The notes under the pieces were generated by a model. The model worked only from the letters and a program-made list of their open reading frames with translations, had not been told where the DNA came from and made no database searches. From contig DAOTYJ010000029.1 of the NCBI GenBank assembly GCA_034434875.1, positions 3,581 through 67,580 on the forward strand: a stretch of 64,000 bases of DNA, given 5' to 3'. This DNA is from Dehalococcoidia bacterium (GTDB lineage Bacteria; Chloroflexota; Dehalococcoidia; JAUQQI01). Shown one piece after another: positions 37,419 to 47,162 of the stretch. Made by a program: the position numbers and the translations under genes. Positions within the stretch are counted from its first letter, which is position 1. Each line of letters begins with the position of its first letter.

Positions 37419-37751
37419 ATGAGTGGAGGTTCGGTTAGTGAATTGGGATACGGTGAGCATTTCCGAGCGGAACCTGGGCCGGGGCAGTCGGATGCTGCGG
37501 GTTCGGGGGGCGGGCTTCAGCCTGGCGCTGGTGATCCCGGCGCCGCCCCGGCCGCCCAGACCCCGGCCGAATTTTATTCCGCCCGCCTTGGCCCGGCTGA
37601 GCGGCCCCTCTTCGAGCACGCCTTAAAGCTTGAGGGCCTGGACCAGGAGATCGCCCTGCTCCGCCTCCGGATTCGGCAGGACCTGGACGACCCCAAGGGC
37701 CTGATGCGGGGGATCGACCTGCTGGTTAAGGCCCTGCGGACCCGCTACTGA
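37419..37751 (+). CDS. Hypothetical 110-aa protein upstream of the terminase (small-terminase role not demonstrable)
   Basis: ORF with a Gly/Pro-rich N-terminus and helical C-terminus …LEGLDQEIALLRLRIRQDLDDPKGLMRGIDLLVKALRTRY. Confidence 0.3.
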   Translation: MSGGSVSELGYGEHFRAEPGPGQSDAAGSGGGLQPGAGDPGAAPAAQTPAEFYSARLGPAERPLFEHALKLEGLDQEIALLRLRIRQDLDDPKGLMRGIDLLVKALRTRY

Positions 37752-37896
37752 CTTGGGCCCGACCAGTCGGAGCGGATTTACCGGGCCATCGTGGAGGTGC
37801 TGGAGGGCCTTGGGGAGGGGCTGGACGGCCCCGCCGGCGCGCCGGAGTGATGGTGAGCGGGGCGGTGTTTCGCCTCGGGCGGGGCGGAGGCGGGCG

Positions 37897-38136
37897 GTGA
37901 GCGGCCTGCGGGAAGCCGTCGCCCAGCTTACCCGGCGGCTCGTCCGCCCGACTCCGCCCCGCCCCCCGCTGCCGGAGGTTCAGCCGTGCTGCGCCTATGA
38001 GCTGGTCACCCGGCAGATGCTGGAGGATATGCGGGCCGAGCTGGCCGAGCTCAAGGCCCGGGTAAACGGGTTGCTTTTCATGCTGGCCGGGGCGATCCTG
38101 CTGGACGTTATCCTGCGGCTGGCTCGGCCGGGATGA
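37897..38136 (+). CDS. Small coiled-coil protein with a C-terminal TM anchor; its stop overlaps the TerL start (ATGATG)
   Basis: VSGLREAVAQLTRRL…CCAYELVTRQMLEDMRAELAELKARVNGLLFMLAGAILLDVILRLARPG; start codon uncertain. Confidence 0.35.
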   Translation: MSGLREAVAQLTRRLVRPTPPRPPLPEVQPCCAYELVTRQMLEDMRAELAELKARVNGLLFMLAGAILLDVILRLARPG

Positions 38137-39509
38137 TGCCGCCCCTGCGGCCCTACCAGCTGGAGCCCTTCCGGGCCATCTGGGGGTCGGTTCGGGCGGG
38201 GGCCGGCTTAAGCTTTTCGGTGATGATGGCCCGGCAGGCGGGCAAGAATGAGCTTTCGGCTCAGCTGGAGGTTCGGCTGCTTTTAAGGTTTGCCCCCTTT
38301 GGGGGCGACGGGATAAAGGCCAGCCCCACCTTTCGGCCCCAAACCTTAAATTCCCTGGACCGGCTTAAGGCTAGGCTGGATGATGCCGGCCTGGGGGGCC
38401 TCTGGCGGGCCGAGCGGGGCTACACCGTGCGCCTCGGCCGGGCCCGGATGGTCTTTCTTTCGGCCGAGCCCTCCGCCCGGGTGATGGGCCACACCGCCGG
38501 CCTCATCCTGGAGGTGGACGAAGCCCAGGACGTGCTTGCGGAGAAGTTTGACAAGGACTTCCGGCCGATGGGGGCGGCCGCCAACGCCACCACCGTCTAT
38601 TACGGCACCCCCTGGGACGGAAATTCCCTGCTGGAACAGGTCAAGGCCCGGCATCTGGAGCTGGAGGGCCGGGACGGGATTCGCCGCCACTTTGAGTACG
38701 ACTGGGAGACGGTGGCCCGCTACAATCCGGCCTCCGGCCGCTACGTGCGGGCCGAGCGGGCGCGCCTGGGCGAGGCCCATCCCCTCTTTCAGACCCAGTA
38801 TGCGCTCAGGCCGGTGGCCGCCCTCAGCCGGACCTTCGATGGGGCCGACCTGCGCCTCCTGGCCGGCGAGCACCCCCGGCTTCTGGGCCCGGCGGCCGGG
38901 GAGCAGTACGTTGTGGGGCTGGACCTGGCCGGCCAGGCCTGGGACGAGCTGCGGGGGCTGGGCGGCTGGGACCCAGCCGGACGCCGGGACTCGACGGTGG
39001 TTACGGTGGGCCGGGTGAGGACCGGCAATTTCGGCCCGGTCCTTGAAATCGTCCACCACGAGGTCTTTACCGGCCTGCGCCACGACATCCTGGTCCCCAG
39101 GCTGGTGGAGGTCATCCGCCGCTGGCGGCCGGAGGCCGTGGCCGCCGACGCCACCGGTCTGGGCCAGCCCATCGTCGGCCTGCTGGGGGCCGAATTCGGG
39201 CGGCGGGTCGTCTTGCCGGTGGTGTTCACGGCGGCCCGGAAAAGCGGCCTTGCGGCCGAGCTTATCGCGGCGGTGAAGGCCGGCCGGCTCAAGGTCTATG
39301 CGGACGCTTCGGCCGGGCGGGCCGAGTTCCTGCGCCAGTTCGGGCTGGCCCGGACGAGGGCCCGGCCGGGGGGCCACCTGGAGGTGGCGGTGGACCCGGC
39401 CGAAGGCCACGATGACTTTTTAATTTCGGCCGCCCTGGGCCTGGAGGCCGCCGGGCAGGTCCGGCCCCGGCGGGCCCGGGGCTGCCCGGCGGCGGGGGCC
39501 GGGCCGTGA
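38133..39509 (+). CDS. Phage terminase large subunit (TerL)
   Basis: N-terminal ATPase (P-loop-like ARQAGKN, Walker B LILEVDEAQDV) and C-terminal RNaseH-like nuclease (YVVGLDLAGQ…, …HDDFLISAALGL). Confidence 0.8.
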   Translation: MMPPLRPYQLEPFRAIWGSVRAGAGLSFSVMMARQAGKNELSAQLEVRLLLRFAPFGGDGIKASPTFRPQTLNSLDRLKARLDDAGLGGLWRAERGYTVRLGRARMVFLSAEPSARVMGHTAGLILEVDEAQDVLAEKFDKDFRPMGAAANATTVYYGTPWDGNSLLEQVKARHLELEGRDGIRRHFEYDWETVARYNPASGRYVRAERARLGEAHPLFQTQYALRPVAALSRTFDGADLRLLAGEHPRLLGPAAGEQYVVGLDLAGQAWDELRGLGGWDPAGRRDSTVVTVGRVRTGNFGPVLEIVHHEVFTGLRHDILVPRLVEVIRRWRPEAVAADATGLGQPIVGLLGAEFGRRVVLPVVFTAARKSGLAAELIAAVKAGRLKVYADASAGRAEFLRQFGLARTRARPGGHLEVAVDPAEGHDDFLISAALGLEAAGQVRPRRARGCPAAGAGP

Positions 39510-39521
39510 AGGAGGATTTCG

Positions 39522-40838
39522 ATGGCTGAGGACCTGCCCCGGCTGATCCGACGGCTGGACCTGGACCGGATGCGCCGCTACCAGGAGGCGCTGGGGCTTT
39601 ACGCCGGCACCCACTGGCCCGAGGGGCCCGGCCGCGGCCGCCGGCGGACCCTGACCGTGAACTACATCCGAACGGTGATTGATAAGGTTGCGACTTACTT
39701 AATGGCGGGGCGGGCGGTGGTAATTGAGCCGGCCGACCCGTCCGAGGCGGCCCTGGCCCGGGCCACCGAGGCCGCCCTGCGGGAGGTGGCCGAGCAGAAC
39801 GAGCTGGACTGGCTGGAGCTGGAGACCGAGGTCGATACGGCGGTGCTGGGCGACGGGGCTTATAAAGTCTGGTGGGACCCCGGGGCCGGGCAGGTTCGGG
39901 TTTCGGCCCCGGATGTCCAGGGCCTGTACGCCTGGCCGGACCCGGCCTCGCCCTTTGGGCCCCGGCGGGCCGTTCTGCGCCAGCTGCTGCCGGCCGCCGA
40001 GGTTGAGGCCCGGTTCGGGGTTGGGGCCGACCGGGAAGAGGTGGAGGTTATCGAGGACTGGACGGCCGGGCAGTTTCAGGTCTGGGTGGACGGCCGGCCC
40101 CGGCCGGCCCGGCCGAACCCTTACGGGTTTATTCCCGTTGTGGTCTTCCCCAACGTGCGCAGGCCCAAATCTTTCTGGGGCGAATCGGATGCGCTGGTCC
40201 TTAAGGAGGTCCAGCTGGAGCTTAACCGGGCCTTCACCCAGCTTTCCCGGATAATGGAGGTTTCGGGCAACCCCATTGCGGTCCTTTCGGGGGTTACCGA
40301 GGCCGAGGATATTGCCGTCCAGCCGGGGGCCGTCTGGACCCTGCCGGAGGATGCCAAGGCTTATCTGCTGGACCTGCTGGCCAACGGGGCGGCCCAGCTC
40401 CACCTGGAATATATCAATGCCCTCTACCGGATGCTTCACGACCAGGCCGAGGTTCCCCGGACGGCCTTTGGGGACAATCAGCGCAACCTTTCGGGGGTGG
40501 CGCTGGAGGTGGAGATGCCGCCCCTTTACCAGCGGGTTCAGCGCAAGCGGCTCATCCGGACGGCGGTTTACAAGCGGCGAAACGAGTTTATCCTGCGGCT
40601 TTTAGAGCAGTTCACCGGGCGGCGCTTTCTGCACCGGCAGCGGGTGGTGTGGGGGCAGGTGACGCCCCGGGACGAGTCCCGGCGGGTGGCCGATTTTGGG
40701 CTGCTGGTGGAGCGGGGCCTGCGGTCCCGGCGGGGGCTGATGGACGAGCTTGGGGTGGCCGACGCCGAGGCCGAATTCGGCCGCTGGCTCGAAGAGCAGA
40801 ACCGACTGGGGCCCGGTCGCGGCGAAGGTCAAGGTTAG
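39522..40838 (+). CDS. Phage portal protein
   Basis: ~440 aa, placed directly after TerL; N-terminal …RRYQEALGLYAGTHW…RTLTVNYIRTVIDKVATYL… pattern typical of portal proteins. Confidence 0.7.
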   Translation: MAEDLPRLIRRLDLDRMRRYQEALGLYAGTHWPEGPGRGRRRTLTVNYIRTVIDKVATYLMAGRAVVIEPADPSEAALARATEAALREVAEQNELDWLELETEVDTAVLGDGAYKVWWDPGAGQVRVSAPDVQGLYAWPDPASPFGPRRAVLRQLLPAAEVEARFGVGADREEVEVIEDWTAGQFQVWVDGRPRPARPNPYGFIPVVVFPNVRRPKSFWGESDALVLKEVQLELNRAFTQLSRIMEVSGNPIAVLSGVTEAEDIAVQPGAVWTLPEDAKAYLLDLLANGAAQLHLEYINALYRMLHDQAEVPRTAFGDNQRNLSGVALEVEMPPLYQRVQRKRLIRTAVYKRRNEFILRLLEQFTGRRFLHRQRVVWGQVTPRDESRRVADFGLLVERGLRSRRGLMDELGVADAEAEFGRWLEEQNRLGPGRGEGQG

Positions 40839-40878
40839 CAAGCCTTCGCCACATTCGGCAGAATATTCGCCTAACGGC

Positions 40879-40909
40879 TTGCCCCAGTCGCCAACCCCGG
40901 CCTACAATA
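40879..40909 (+). promoter_or_regulatory. Candidate sigma-70-like promoter TTGCCC-N19-TACAAT upstream of the BY-kinase gene, preceded by an AT-rich palindrome GGCAGAATATTCGCC
   Basis: Seen directly; the 19-nt spacer is long, hence low confidence. Confidence 0.3.
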
Positions 40910-40945
40910 TCGTGTCGGAGAGCAATCGGTTGGGAGGATGACCCC

Positions 40946-42493
40946 GTGGAAGGTGACGAGCTGGATCTGGGGCCGGTCCTTGATTCCCTCCGCCGTCGGC
41001 TCCTTATTTTGTTGCTTTTTGCCCTCGCCGGAGCCCTTTCCGCCCTGCTCCTCACCCGCTTCTTTATGCAACCCATATACCGGGCCTCCGCCCGCATCCT
41101 CGTCGAATCGGGACAGGCCCCGGCCTTGACGGCCGCCGGCGCCATACCCGTTGCCGCCGATACCTACGTGGAGCTGGTCCGGGGCGAGTGGCTCAAGCGT
41201 GAAGTCGCCCGCAGGCTTGACCTCCCCCTTTCGGGAAGCCTTCCCTTCGAACTTGCAGCCCGCTCCGTTCGGGGCACCCAGATGGTCGTCCTTGAGGCCG
41301 AAAGTCCCGACCCGAAGCTGGCGTCCGACGCCGCCCGGGCCGTCCTGTCGGTCCTTCAGGAGCTGGTCCGCCAGCGCCAGGCGGAGCGATTTGCCGCCGC
41401 CGAGCAGCGGCTTGAGGGCCAGATCGGGGAGCTTACCGCCGAGCTTAACCGGGTTCGGGGGGCCCTCGCCCAGGCGAGGTCGGAGGCAGAGCGGGCCGCC
41501 CTTGCGGACCAGGCCAGCCGACTTCAGGCGGCCTTAGGCCAGCTTCAGGCCAGCTACGGGAACCTGAAGCTGGCCCAGGCTCAGGCGGGCGACCTGATCA
41601 TCGTCCTGGAGCCCCCCGCTACGCCCGAGCGGCCCGTGCGCCCCGCCCCCCTTTTAAACGCCGCGGTCGGCGGCTCCCTTGGTCTGTTGCTGGGGATAGC
41701 TTATGCGGCGGCCGCGGCGGTTTTGGACCGCCGGTTCCGGGGGCTTAAAGAGGTTGAGGAGATGTTGCGGCTGCCGGTTCTCGCCGCCCTCTACCGGGAG
41801 AATCCAGGTTCTGGGGGGGGTTATAATGCCGAGGCGTTTCGCATTCTGCGGACAAACATTCGGTTCTCGGCGGCGGACCGGCCCCTTAAGGTCGTGGGAG
41901 TGGGGGCGGTGGAGCCGGAGGCGGGCAAGACCACGGTGGCGGTGGGCCTGGCCCGGGCGCTGGCAGCTCTGGGCCAGCGGATTCTGCTGGCGGACGCCGA
42001 CCTGCGGCGGCCGTCTCTGCACGACCTTTTTGGGCTTGGCCGTTCGCCGGGCCTATCGGACTGGCTGGTAAACCCGGCCCTTGAGGCCGAAAGGGTTCTG
42101 CGCCCGGTGGGGGAGGGGCTGTGGGTGCTTCCGGCGGGAACCCCGGCCCCGAATCCGGCGGACCTGCTGGCATCCCGGCGTTTTGGGGAGCTCATCCGGC
42201 TTCTGGCCGGGGAGTTCGACCTGGTTGTACTGGACAGCGCCCCGGCGGTGGCGGGGGCCGACCTGCTGAACGTGGCCGCGGCGGCCGACGGGTTTATCCT
42301 GGTCGTAAGCCTGGGTCTGACGGAGCGGGAGGAGGCCGGGCGACTGACGGCTCAGCTTAAAGGCGAAGGTGTCAGGATTCTGGGGGTGGTAGTTAACCGG
42401 GTCGAGCCGAAGGGGACCCGTTATTATTACTACCATGAGGGTGGCCGGAGGCTTAGGCTCCGGCTCCGCTGGCCCCTGGCCCGCCGGGGATAG
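40946..42493 (+). CDS. Polysaccharide co-polymerase / BY-kinase (Wzz chain-length domain plus CpsD/CapB tyrosine autokinase), GTG start with a GGGAGGA ribosome-binding site
   Basis: N-terminal TM plus coiled-coil Wzz region, Walker A GVGAVEPEAGKTTVAVGLARALA, DxD LLADADLRRP, C-terminal Tyr cluster RYYYYHEGG. Confidence 0.8.
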   Translation: MEGDELDLGPVLDSLRRRLLILLLFALAGALSALLLTRFFMQPIYRASARILVESGQAPALTAAGAIPVAADTYVELVRGEWLKREVARRLDLPLSGSLPFELAARSVRGTQMVVLEAESPDPKLASDAARAVLSVLQELVRQRQAERFAAAEQRLEGQIGELTAELNRVRGALAQARSEAERAALADQASRLQAALGQLQASYGNLKLAQAQAGDLIIVLEPPATPERPVRPAPLLNAAVGGSLGLLLGIAYAAAAAVLDRRFRGLKEVEEMLRLPVLAALYRENPGSGGGYNAEAFRILRTNIRFSAADRPLKVVGVGAVEPEAGKTTVAVGLARALAALGQRILLADADLRRPSLHDLFGLGRSPGLSDWLVNPALEAERVLRPVGEGLWVLPAGTPAPNPADLLASRRFGELIRLLAGEFDLVVLDSAPAVAGADLLNVAAAADGFILVVSLGLTEREEAGRLTAQLKGEGVRILGVVVNRVEPKGTRYYYYHEGGRRLRLRLRWPLARRG

Positions 42494-43394
42494 CCCGGCG
42501 TCCGGGCCCGCCGGTGGGATTCGGGTTGAGGCGGAGGTTAAGGCGGTTCTTAATCGGGCCGGGCCGGTGGTATTTTTAGAATCAAACCTGCTGGCCACCG
42601 GCCTTCCGCCCGAAGACGGACGCCGGGCCCTGGCCGCCATGGCCGAGGCGGTCCGGTCGGCCGGGGCGGTGCCGGCCGTGGTCGGGGTGGTCCGGGGCGA
42701 ACCCAGGGCGGGCCTGGGGGAGGCCGAAATCGCCGAGATAATCCGCTCGGGGCAGAAGCTGGGCCCCGCCGACCTGGGACCGGCCCTGGCCGCCGGCCTC
42801 ACCGGGGGGACCACCGCCGGGCTCACGCTGCTTTTAGCCGCCCACCTTACCCCCTGGCCCATCCTGGCCACCGGCGGAATCGGGGGCGTGGGGGCCGACG
42901 ACCCCGCCGACGTCTCCGCCGACCTGTGGGCCCTCGGCCGCTACCCGGGCCTGGTGGTCTGCAGCGGCCCGAAACTGCCGGCCGACGCCCGGGCGACCCT
43001 GGAGTGGCTGGAGACCCGGGGCGTCCCCGTCGTCGGCTACCGGACCGGGCGGCTTCCCAGGTTTTTCGTCGCCGACGGGCCGCCCCTCCGCCACCGGGTC
43101 GAGACGGCCGAGGCGGCGGTGGCGGCCTGGGTTGCCCACCGCCGGTTCGGGGGCGCAGGCCTGCTTCTGGCCGTCCCGCCCCCCAGCCCGGCCCCGCCCG
43201 AAATCGAGGGCTGGACGGCCGCCGCCCTTGAGGCCGCCCGGTGGGCGGCAAAAACCGGGTCCGATTTAACCCCCCTCTTCTTGCAGAATCTGGCCCGCCT
43301 TTCCGGGGGCCTCACCGTCGGGGTGAATATCGGGCTCCTGCGGGAGAATGCGGCGGTGGCCGCCCGGTGCGCCCAGGCCCTGAGCCGGGGATAG
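42435..43394 (+). CDS. psuG: Pseudouridine-5-phosphate glycosidase. The start is probably ~42510 (the ORF's first ~25 codons overlap the BY-kinase gene)
   Basis: …ATGGIGGVGADDPADVSADLWALGRYPGLVVCSGPKLPADARATLEWLETRGVPVVGYRT…. Confidence 0.7.
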   Translation: MRVAGGLGSGSAGPWPAGDSPASGPAGGIRVEAEVKAVLNRAGPVVFLESNLLATGLPPEDGRRALAAMAEAVRSAGAVPAVVGVVRGEPRAGLGEAEIAEIIRSGQKLGPADLGPALAAGLTGGTTAGLTLLLAAHLTPWPILATGGIGGVGADDPADVSADLWALGRYPGLVVCSGPKLPADARATLEWLETRGVPVVGYRTGRLPRFFVADGPPLRHRVETAEAAVAAWVAHRRFGGAGLLLAVPPPSPAPPEIEGWTAAALEAARWAAKTGSDLTPLFLQNLARLSGGLTVGVNIGLLRENAAVAARCAQALSRG

Positions 43395-43450
43395 ACCCGG
43401 TAGCTCGGCCGTCGGCCCCGGCAGGTCGGTGTGCTATAATCCCCTCTGGT

Positions 43451-44800
43451 ATGGGCGGCCGCCTACCGCTCCGGCTGGCACTGTTGCGGCTGGTCCTCAT
43501 CGTGCTGACCGCCCTCTGGACGGCCGGGGCAACGGTATTTGCGCTGATCTTCCTCTGGCGGGGAAGCACTTACCTGCAGCTCCTGGTGGTGGCCGTTTCG
43601 CCGGTGCCGGTGACGCCCCTTGTGGGCCGCCTGGCCGATGGCCCGGGCTGGGCCGGAACCGACCGGGTAAACATCCTGCTCCTCGGGGTGGACAGCCGGC
43701 CGGACGAGGCCGTTGACCTGGCCCGGACCGACACGATGATCCTGGCCACCATCGACCCGGTCAACCGGCGGGCGGGGATGCTGAGCATCCCCCGGGACCT
43801 CTGGGTGCCCATTCCGGTGGAGCCGGGCAAGACCGTGGTCCAGGACCGGATAAACACCGCCCACCGCTACGGGGCGTATTATAGATACCCCGGCGGGGGC
43901 CCGGCCCTGGCCAAGAAGACGGTGGAGTACAACCTCGGGGTGAAAGTGGGTTACTACGTGCGGGTGGACTTTAAAGGCTTCACCGGCCTGGTGGACGCCC
44001 TGGGCGGGGTGGTGGTGGACAACCCCTACCCCCTCCGGGACGACGAGTACCCCACCGAATACTATGGGGTCCAGCGTATCTTCTTTTTTGGGGGCCTTCA
44101 GCCCATGGACGGCCAGGCCGCCCTCAAGTTCGCCCGCTCCCGCCACCAGGACACCGACTTCGGCCGGATCCGCCGCCAGCAGCTGGTGCTCCTGGCTATG
44201 CGCCAGCGGGCCCTGGAGCTCAACCTGCTGCCGAGGCTGCCCCAGCTCATCCTCGAGTACGGAAACCTGGTGAGCACCGACCTTAAGCCCGTGGAAATCG
44301 TCGCCCTGGCCCGGGTTGCGGCCGGGATCGACCCGGGCTCGGTAACCGTCCGGGCCATCGAAGGCCCGGCCGTCCGGGATGTCACCGGGGAGGACGGGGC
44401 CTATCTGCTTCTGCCGGTTAAGCCCGAAATTAACCGCATCGTCCGGGAGCTTTTTGAAACCCCGACACCCCGGGAGGTTCCCGAGGAGTCCCGGGTCGAG
44501 GTGCTTAACGGCACCCGGGTTCCGGGCCTGGCCCGGCGGACGGCCGATTACCTGCGGGCGCAGGGCTTTAAGAATGTCACCTTCGGCAACGCCGCCGTTG
44601 CGGCGGACCAGGCGCACACCGTGATTTACGACCTGACGGGGAAGCCCGAAACCGTAAAGCGGCTCCAGCAGCTCCTGCGCCTTCCGGCCGACAGCGTCCA
44701 GGCCCTGCCCGCCGACGGGGGTGCGGCCGGCCGGAATGGCGAACAACCCGCCGACGTCCGCATCGTCATCGGGCGGGACCTCACCTTGCCATCCGAATAG
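43451..44800 (+). CDS. LCP (LytR-CpsA-Psr) family glycopolymer transferase
   Basis: N-terminal TM, NILLLGVDSRPDEAVDLARTDTMILATIDP…LSIPRDLWVPIP, C-terminal LytR_C-like domain. Confidence 0.8.
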   Translation: MGGRLPLRLALLRLVLIVLTALWTAGATVFALIFLWRGSTYLQLLVVAVSPVPVTPLVGRLADGPGWAGTDRVNILLLGVDSRPDEAVDLARTDTMILATIDPVNRRAGMLSIPRDLWVPIPVEPGKTVVQDRINTAHRYGAYYRYPGGGPALAKKTVEYNLGVKVGYYVRVDFKGFTGLVDALGGVVVDNPYPLRDDEYPTEYYGVQRIFFFGGLQPMDGQAALKFARSRHQDTDFGRIRRQQLVLLAMRQRALELNLLPRLPQLILEYGNLVSTDLKPVEIVALARVAAGIDPGSVTVRAIEGPAVRDVTGEDGAYLLLPVKPEINRIVRELFETPTPREVPEESRVEVLNGTRVPGLARRTADYLRAQGFKNVTFGNAAVAADQAHTVIYDLTGKPETVKRLQQLLRLPADSVQALPADGGAAGRNGEQPADVRIVIGRDLTLPSE

Positions 44801-44824
44801 GCCAGTTAAGAGGGGTTGAAAGCG

Positions 44825-45568
44825 ATGCGTCGGTTTCCCAAGGCATCGATAATCATCCGCGCCAAGAACGAGGAGCGGGATATCGGCCTGACCCTTTCGA
44901 TGGTTTTCCGCCAGCGGATGCGGGACTTTGAAGTGATAATCGTGGATTCGGGGTCGACCGACCGGACTTTAGAGGTCGCCCGGCGGTTTCCGGTGAAAAT
45001 CATCGAAATCCCGCCGGAAAGGTTCACTTACGGCCGGGCCCTCAACATCGGCATCGCCGCCTCCCGGGGCGAGTACCTGGTCTGCCTGAGCGCCCACGCC
45101 ATCCCCGCCGACGAGGAGTGGCTGGGCAACCTCCTTTCCGGCTTCGACGACCCGGAGGTTGCCGGGGTCTACGGCATGCAGATCCCCCGGCCCAACTGCA
45201 ATTTCCTCGAGGTGGTCGGCCTGGCCCTGGAGGGGACGAACAGCCCGTATCCCCGCCTTCAGCGGCGGGGCCGCTCCAACTTCTCCAACGCCAACAGCGC
45301 CATCCGAAGGACCCTCTGGGTTCGGGTGCCCTTCGACGAGACCCTTTCGGGGGCCGAGGATTTCGCCTGGGCCAAGCAGGTGCAGGAGCTGGGCTACCTG
45401 ATAAAATACGAGCCTACCGCCCGGGTCTATCACTCCCACGGGGGGCCGGTTTTCAAGATCATGCGCCGGGCCGTCCGGGACTTTACCACCCGGCTGGCCG
45501 TCACCGTCGGGCTTCTGGCGACCAAGCCGCCGGTGCTCTACTACCCGCCCCGGCCGGAGGCCGAGTAG
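44825..45568 (+). CDS. GT2 family glycosyltransferase
   Basis: SIIIRAKNEERDIGLTLSMVFRQ…EVIIVDSGSTDRT… with DxD-type motifs. Confidence 0.8.
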   Translation: MRRFPKASIIIRAKNEERDIGLTLSMVFRQRMRDFEVIIVDSGSTDRTLEVARRFPVKIIEIPPERFTYGRALNIGIAASRGEYLVCLSAHAIPADEEWLGNLLSGFDDPEVAGVYGMQIPRPNCNFLEVVGLALEGTNSPYPRLQRRGRSNFSNANSAIRRTLWVRVPFDETLSGAEDFAWAKQVQELGYLIKYEPTARVYHSHGGPVFKIMRRAVRDFTTRLAVTVGLLATKPPVLYYPPRPEAE

Positions 45569-45574
45569 GCCGGG

Positions 45575-45784
45575 CTACCGGTGGGTGTTGTTGCCGGCCG
45601 TACTCGTAGGCTCGGGAACTTCCGAAACGACCTTGAAGGGCGGGTCTGGGATCATGGCCATTACCCAGAGGCACCAGGCGCAGAACTGGCGGCCGTCGTT
45701 GAGGCGGAAGAGTCGGCGCGCCCGGCCGCAGGCGTGGCAGACCTCGCTGAACCTACCCGTAGACTCCGCTCCTTTCAAGGTCAC
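45575..45784 (-). CDS. Small zinc-ribbon protein (CxxC-N15-CxxC), coupled to the upstream small ORF by a 4-nt overlap
   Basis: …EVCHACGRARRLFRLNDGRQFCAWC…. Confidence 0.4.
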   Translation of the reverse strand: MTLKGAESTGRFSEVCHACGRARRLFRLNDGRQFCAWCLWVMAMIPDPPFKVVSEVPEPTSTAGNNTHR

Positions 45785-46134
45785 CCTCCCGGTGCGAGAA
45801 ACAGGCCCGGGTGTGTCTCCCGACAGGCCTTAAGGTCATAATAACGGATTTTCGACCGGCGGTTCCGCCGGGGGCCGGTAAGCCGGACCCGGGCCAGAAC
45901 CGGGACCGCCCCCAGCCCCTCGGCCGCCGCAATCAGCTCCGCCCGCTCGGCCTCCGAAGGCCAGGGCGGGTCGCCCACGGCCGAAACGGCCAGCCATACC
46001 AGCCAGATTGTACCATTCGGGAAGCGGGCTTTCAAACCCGCCGCCGTCTCCTCGACCTGGACGCCGTAGCCGGCCAGGTCCCGCCAGACCCGGCGCCGGC
46101 CGAGGCGGTCAAGAAGGGACCGCCAGGGTGACAT
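45781..46134 (-). CDS. Hypothetical ~118-aa protein (alpha/beta composition)
   Basis: Internal Met start MSPWRSLLDRLG…GYGVQVEETAAGLKARFPNGTIWLVWLAVSAVGDPPWPSEAERAELIAAAEGLGAVPVLARVRLTGP. Confidence 0.4.
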   Translation of the reverse strand: MSPWRSLLDRLGRRRVWRDLAGYGVQVEETAAGLKARFPNGTIWLVWLAVSAVGDPPWPSEAERAELIAAAEGLGAVPVLARVRLTGPRRNRRSKIRYYDLKACRETHPGLFLAPGG

Positions 46135-46172
46135 CGGCCCGCTCCGGCTCGGCTCAGCTTTCGGCTTAAGAC

Positions 46173-47162
46173 TTAATGGGTCCAGCTCAGGTCGCCCACC
46201 GGGTCCACCTCGAAGTTCTGGGTGAGGGGCCGGATGCTGCCGGCCCGGGGATGGCCCTCGGCGTCGAACTCCAGGCGGACCACCCACAGGTCGAAGGTGC
46301 CGCCCCGGGCCGAAATGAAGGCCAGGTAGCGGCCGTCGGGCGACCAGGCCGGACTGCGGCTGACCCCGTCGGTGATGATGGGTTGCATTTCGGAGCCGTC
46401 GGGCCGCATCACCCAGATTTCGTGCCGACGCTGGGCCCGCTTAACAAACGCAATCCAGTTGCCGTCGGGCGACCAGGCCGGGTCGTAGGCCCCTTCGGCC
46501 TCCGAGGTTACCGGTTTTGCCTGCCCGGTGGCCGGGTCCAGGATGTAAATCTGGGGAACCCGGGACTGCTGGTAGACGGCGAGGGCCACCGCCGTCCCGT
46601 CGGGCGACCAGCTGGGGCGGTCCACCCCGCCCCAGGCGTCCCCAAGGACGGCCAGCCGGCGAAGACCCGTCCCGTCGGCGTTGATAACCCAGGGCTGAAG
46701 GAAGGCCGAGCCCCGCTCGGAAAGAAAGAGGACCCGCCGGCCGTCGGGCGACCAGGCCGGCCGGAAGGCCCAGGTCAGGGGCCGCCCGTTGCGGGTCAGC
46801 TCCTGGAACCTGCCGGTATCCAGGTTAAGAACGACGATATCCGAAAAGCCCTCCTCGTAGCGGCGGCTGAAGGCGATTTTTCGGCCGTCCGGCGACCAGG
46901 CCGGCTGAAAATCCAGGTAGCCGTCGGTTAGCCGCCAAACCTTGCCCTTTTCCCAGACCCAGAGGCCGGTGCCCTTGGTAAAGACGACCCGGCCCGGCGG
47001 CCAGGGTTCGGCGGGTAGCACCGGCGGGCCGGCCGGGGCGGCCCCGGGCTGGCGGTTGAGGCCCAGGAACTGGCTGAACCGGGCCCAATTCTCGGCCGTG
47101 CACCCGGCGGCGAGGACGGCCAGGGCCAGCAGGAGGAGCCCGGGGCGGGGGGGAAGCCTCAC
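46173..47162 (-). CDS. TolB-like beta-propeller (PD40 repeat) lipoprotein
   Basis: Signal peptide plus lipobox LAAGC; repeated WSPDGR(K/R/Y) blades. Confidence 0.8.
   Translation of the reverse strand: MRLPPRPGLLLLALAVLAAGCTAENWARFSQFLGLNRQPGAAPAGPPVLPAEPWPPGRVVFTKGTGLWVWEKGKVWRLTDGYLDFQPAWSPDGRKIAFSRRYEEGFSDIVVLNLDTGRFQELTRNGRPLTWAFRPAWSPDGRRVLFLSERGSAFLQPWVINADGTGLRRLAVLGDAWGGVDRPSWSPDGTAVALAVYQQSRVPQIYILDPATGQAKPVTSEAEGAYDPAWSPDGNWIAFVKRAQRRHEIWVMRPDGSEMQPIITDGVSRSPAWSPDGRYLAFISARGGTFDLWVVRLEFDAEGHPRAGSIRPLTQNFEVDPVGDLSWTH

Noticed and set aside
42435-42510. Overlap of the psuG ORF start with the BY-kinase 3-prime end as evidence of gene fusion
   Set aside because: Different frames; the psuG start is more likely an internal GTG/ATG near 42510. 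No fusion
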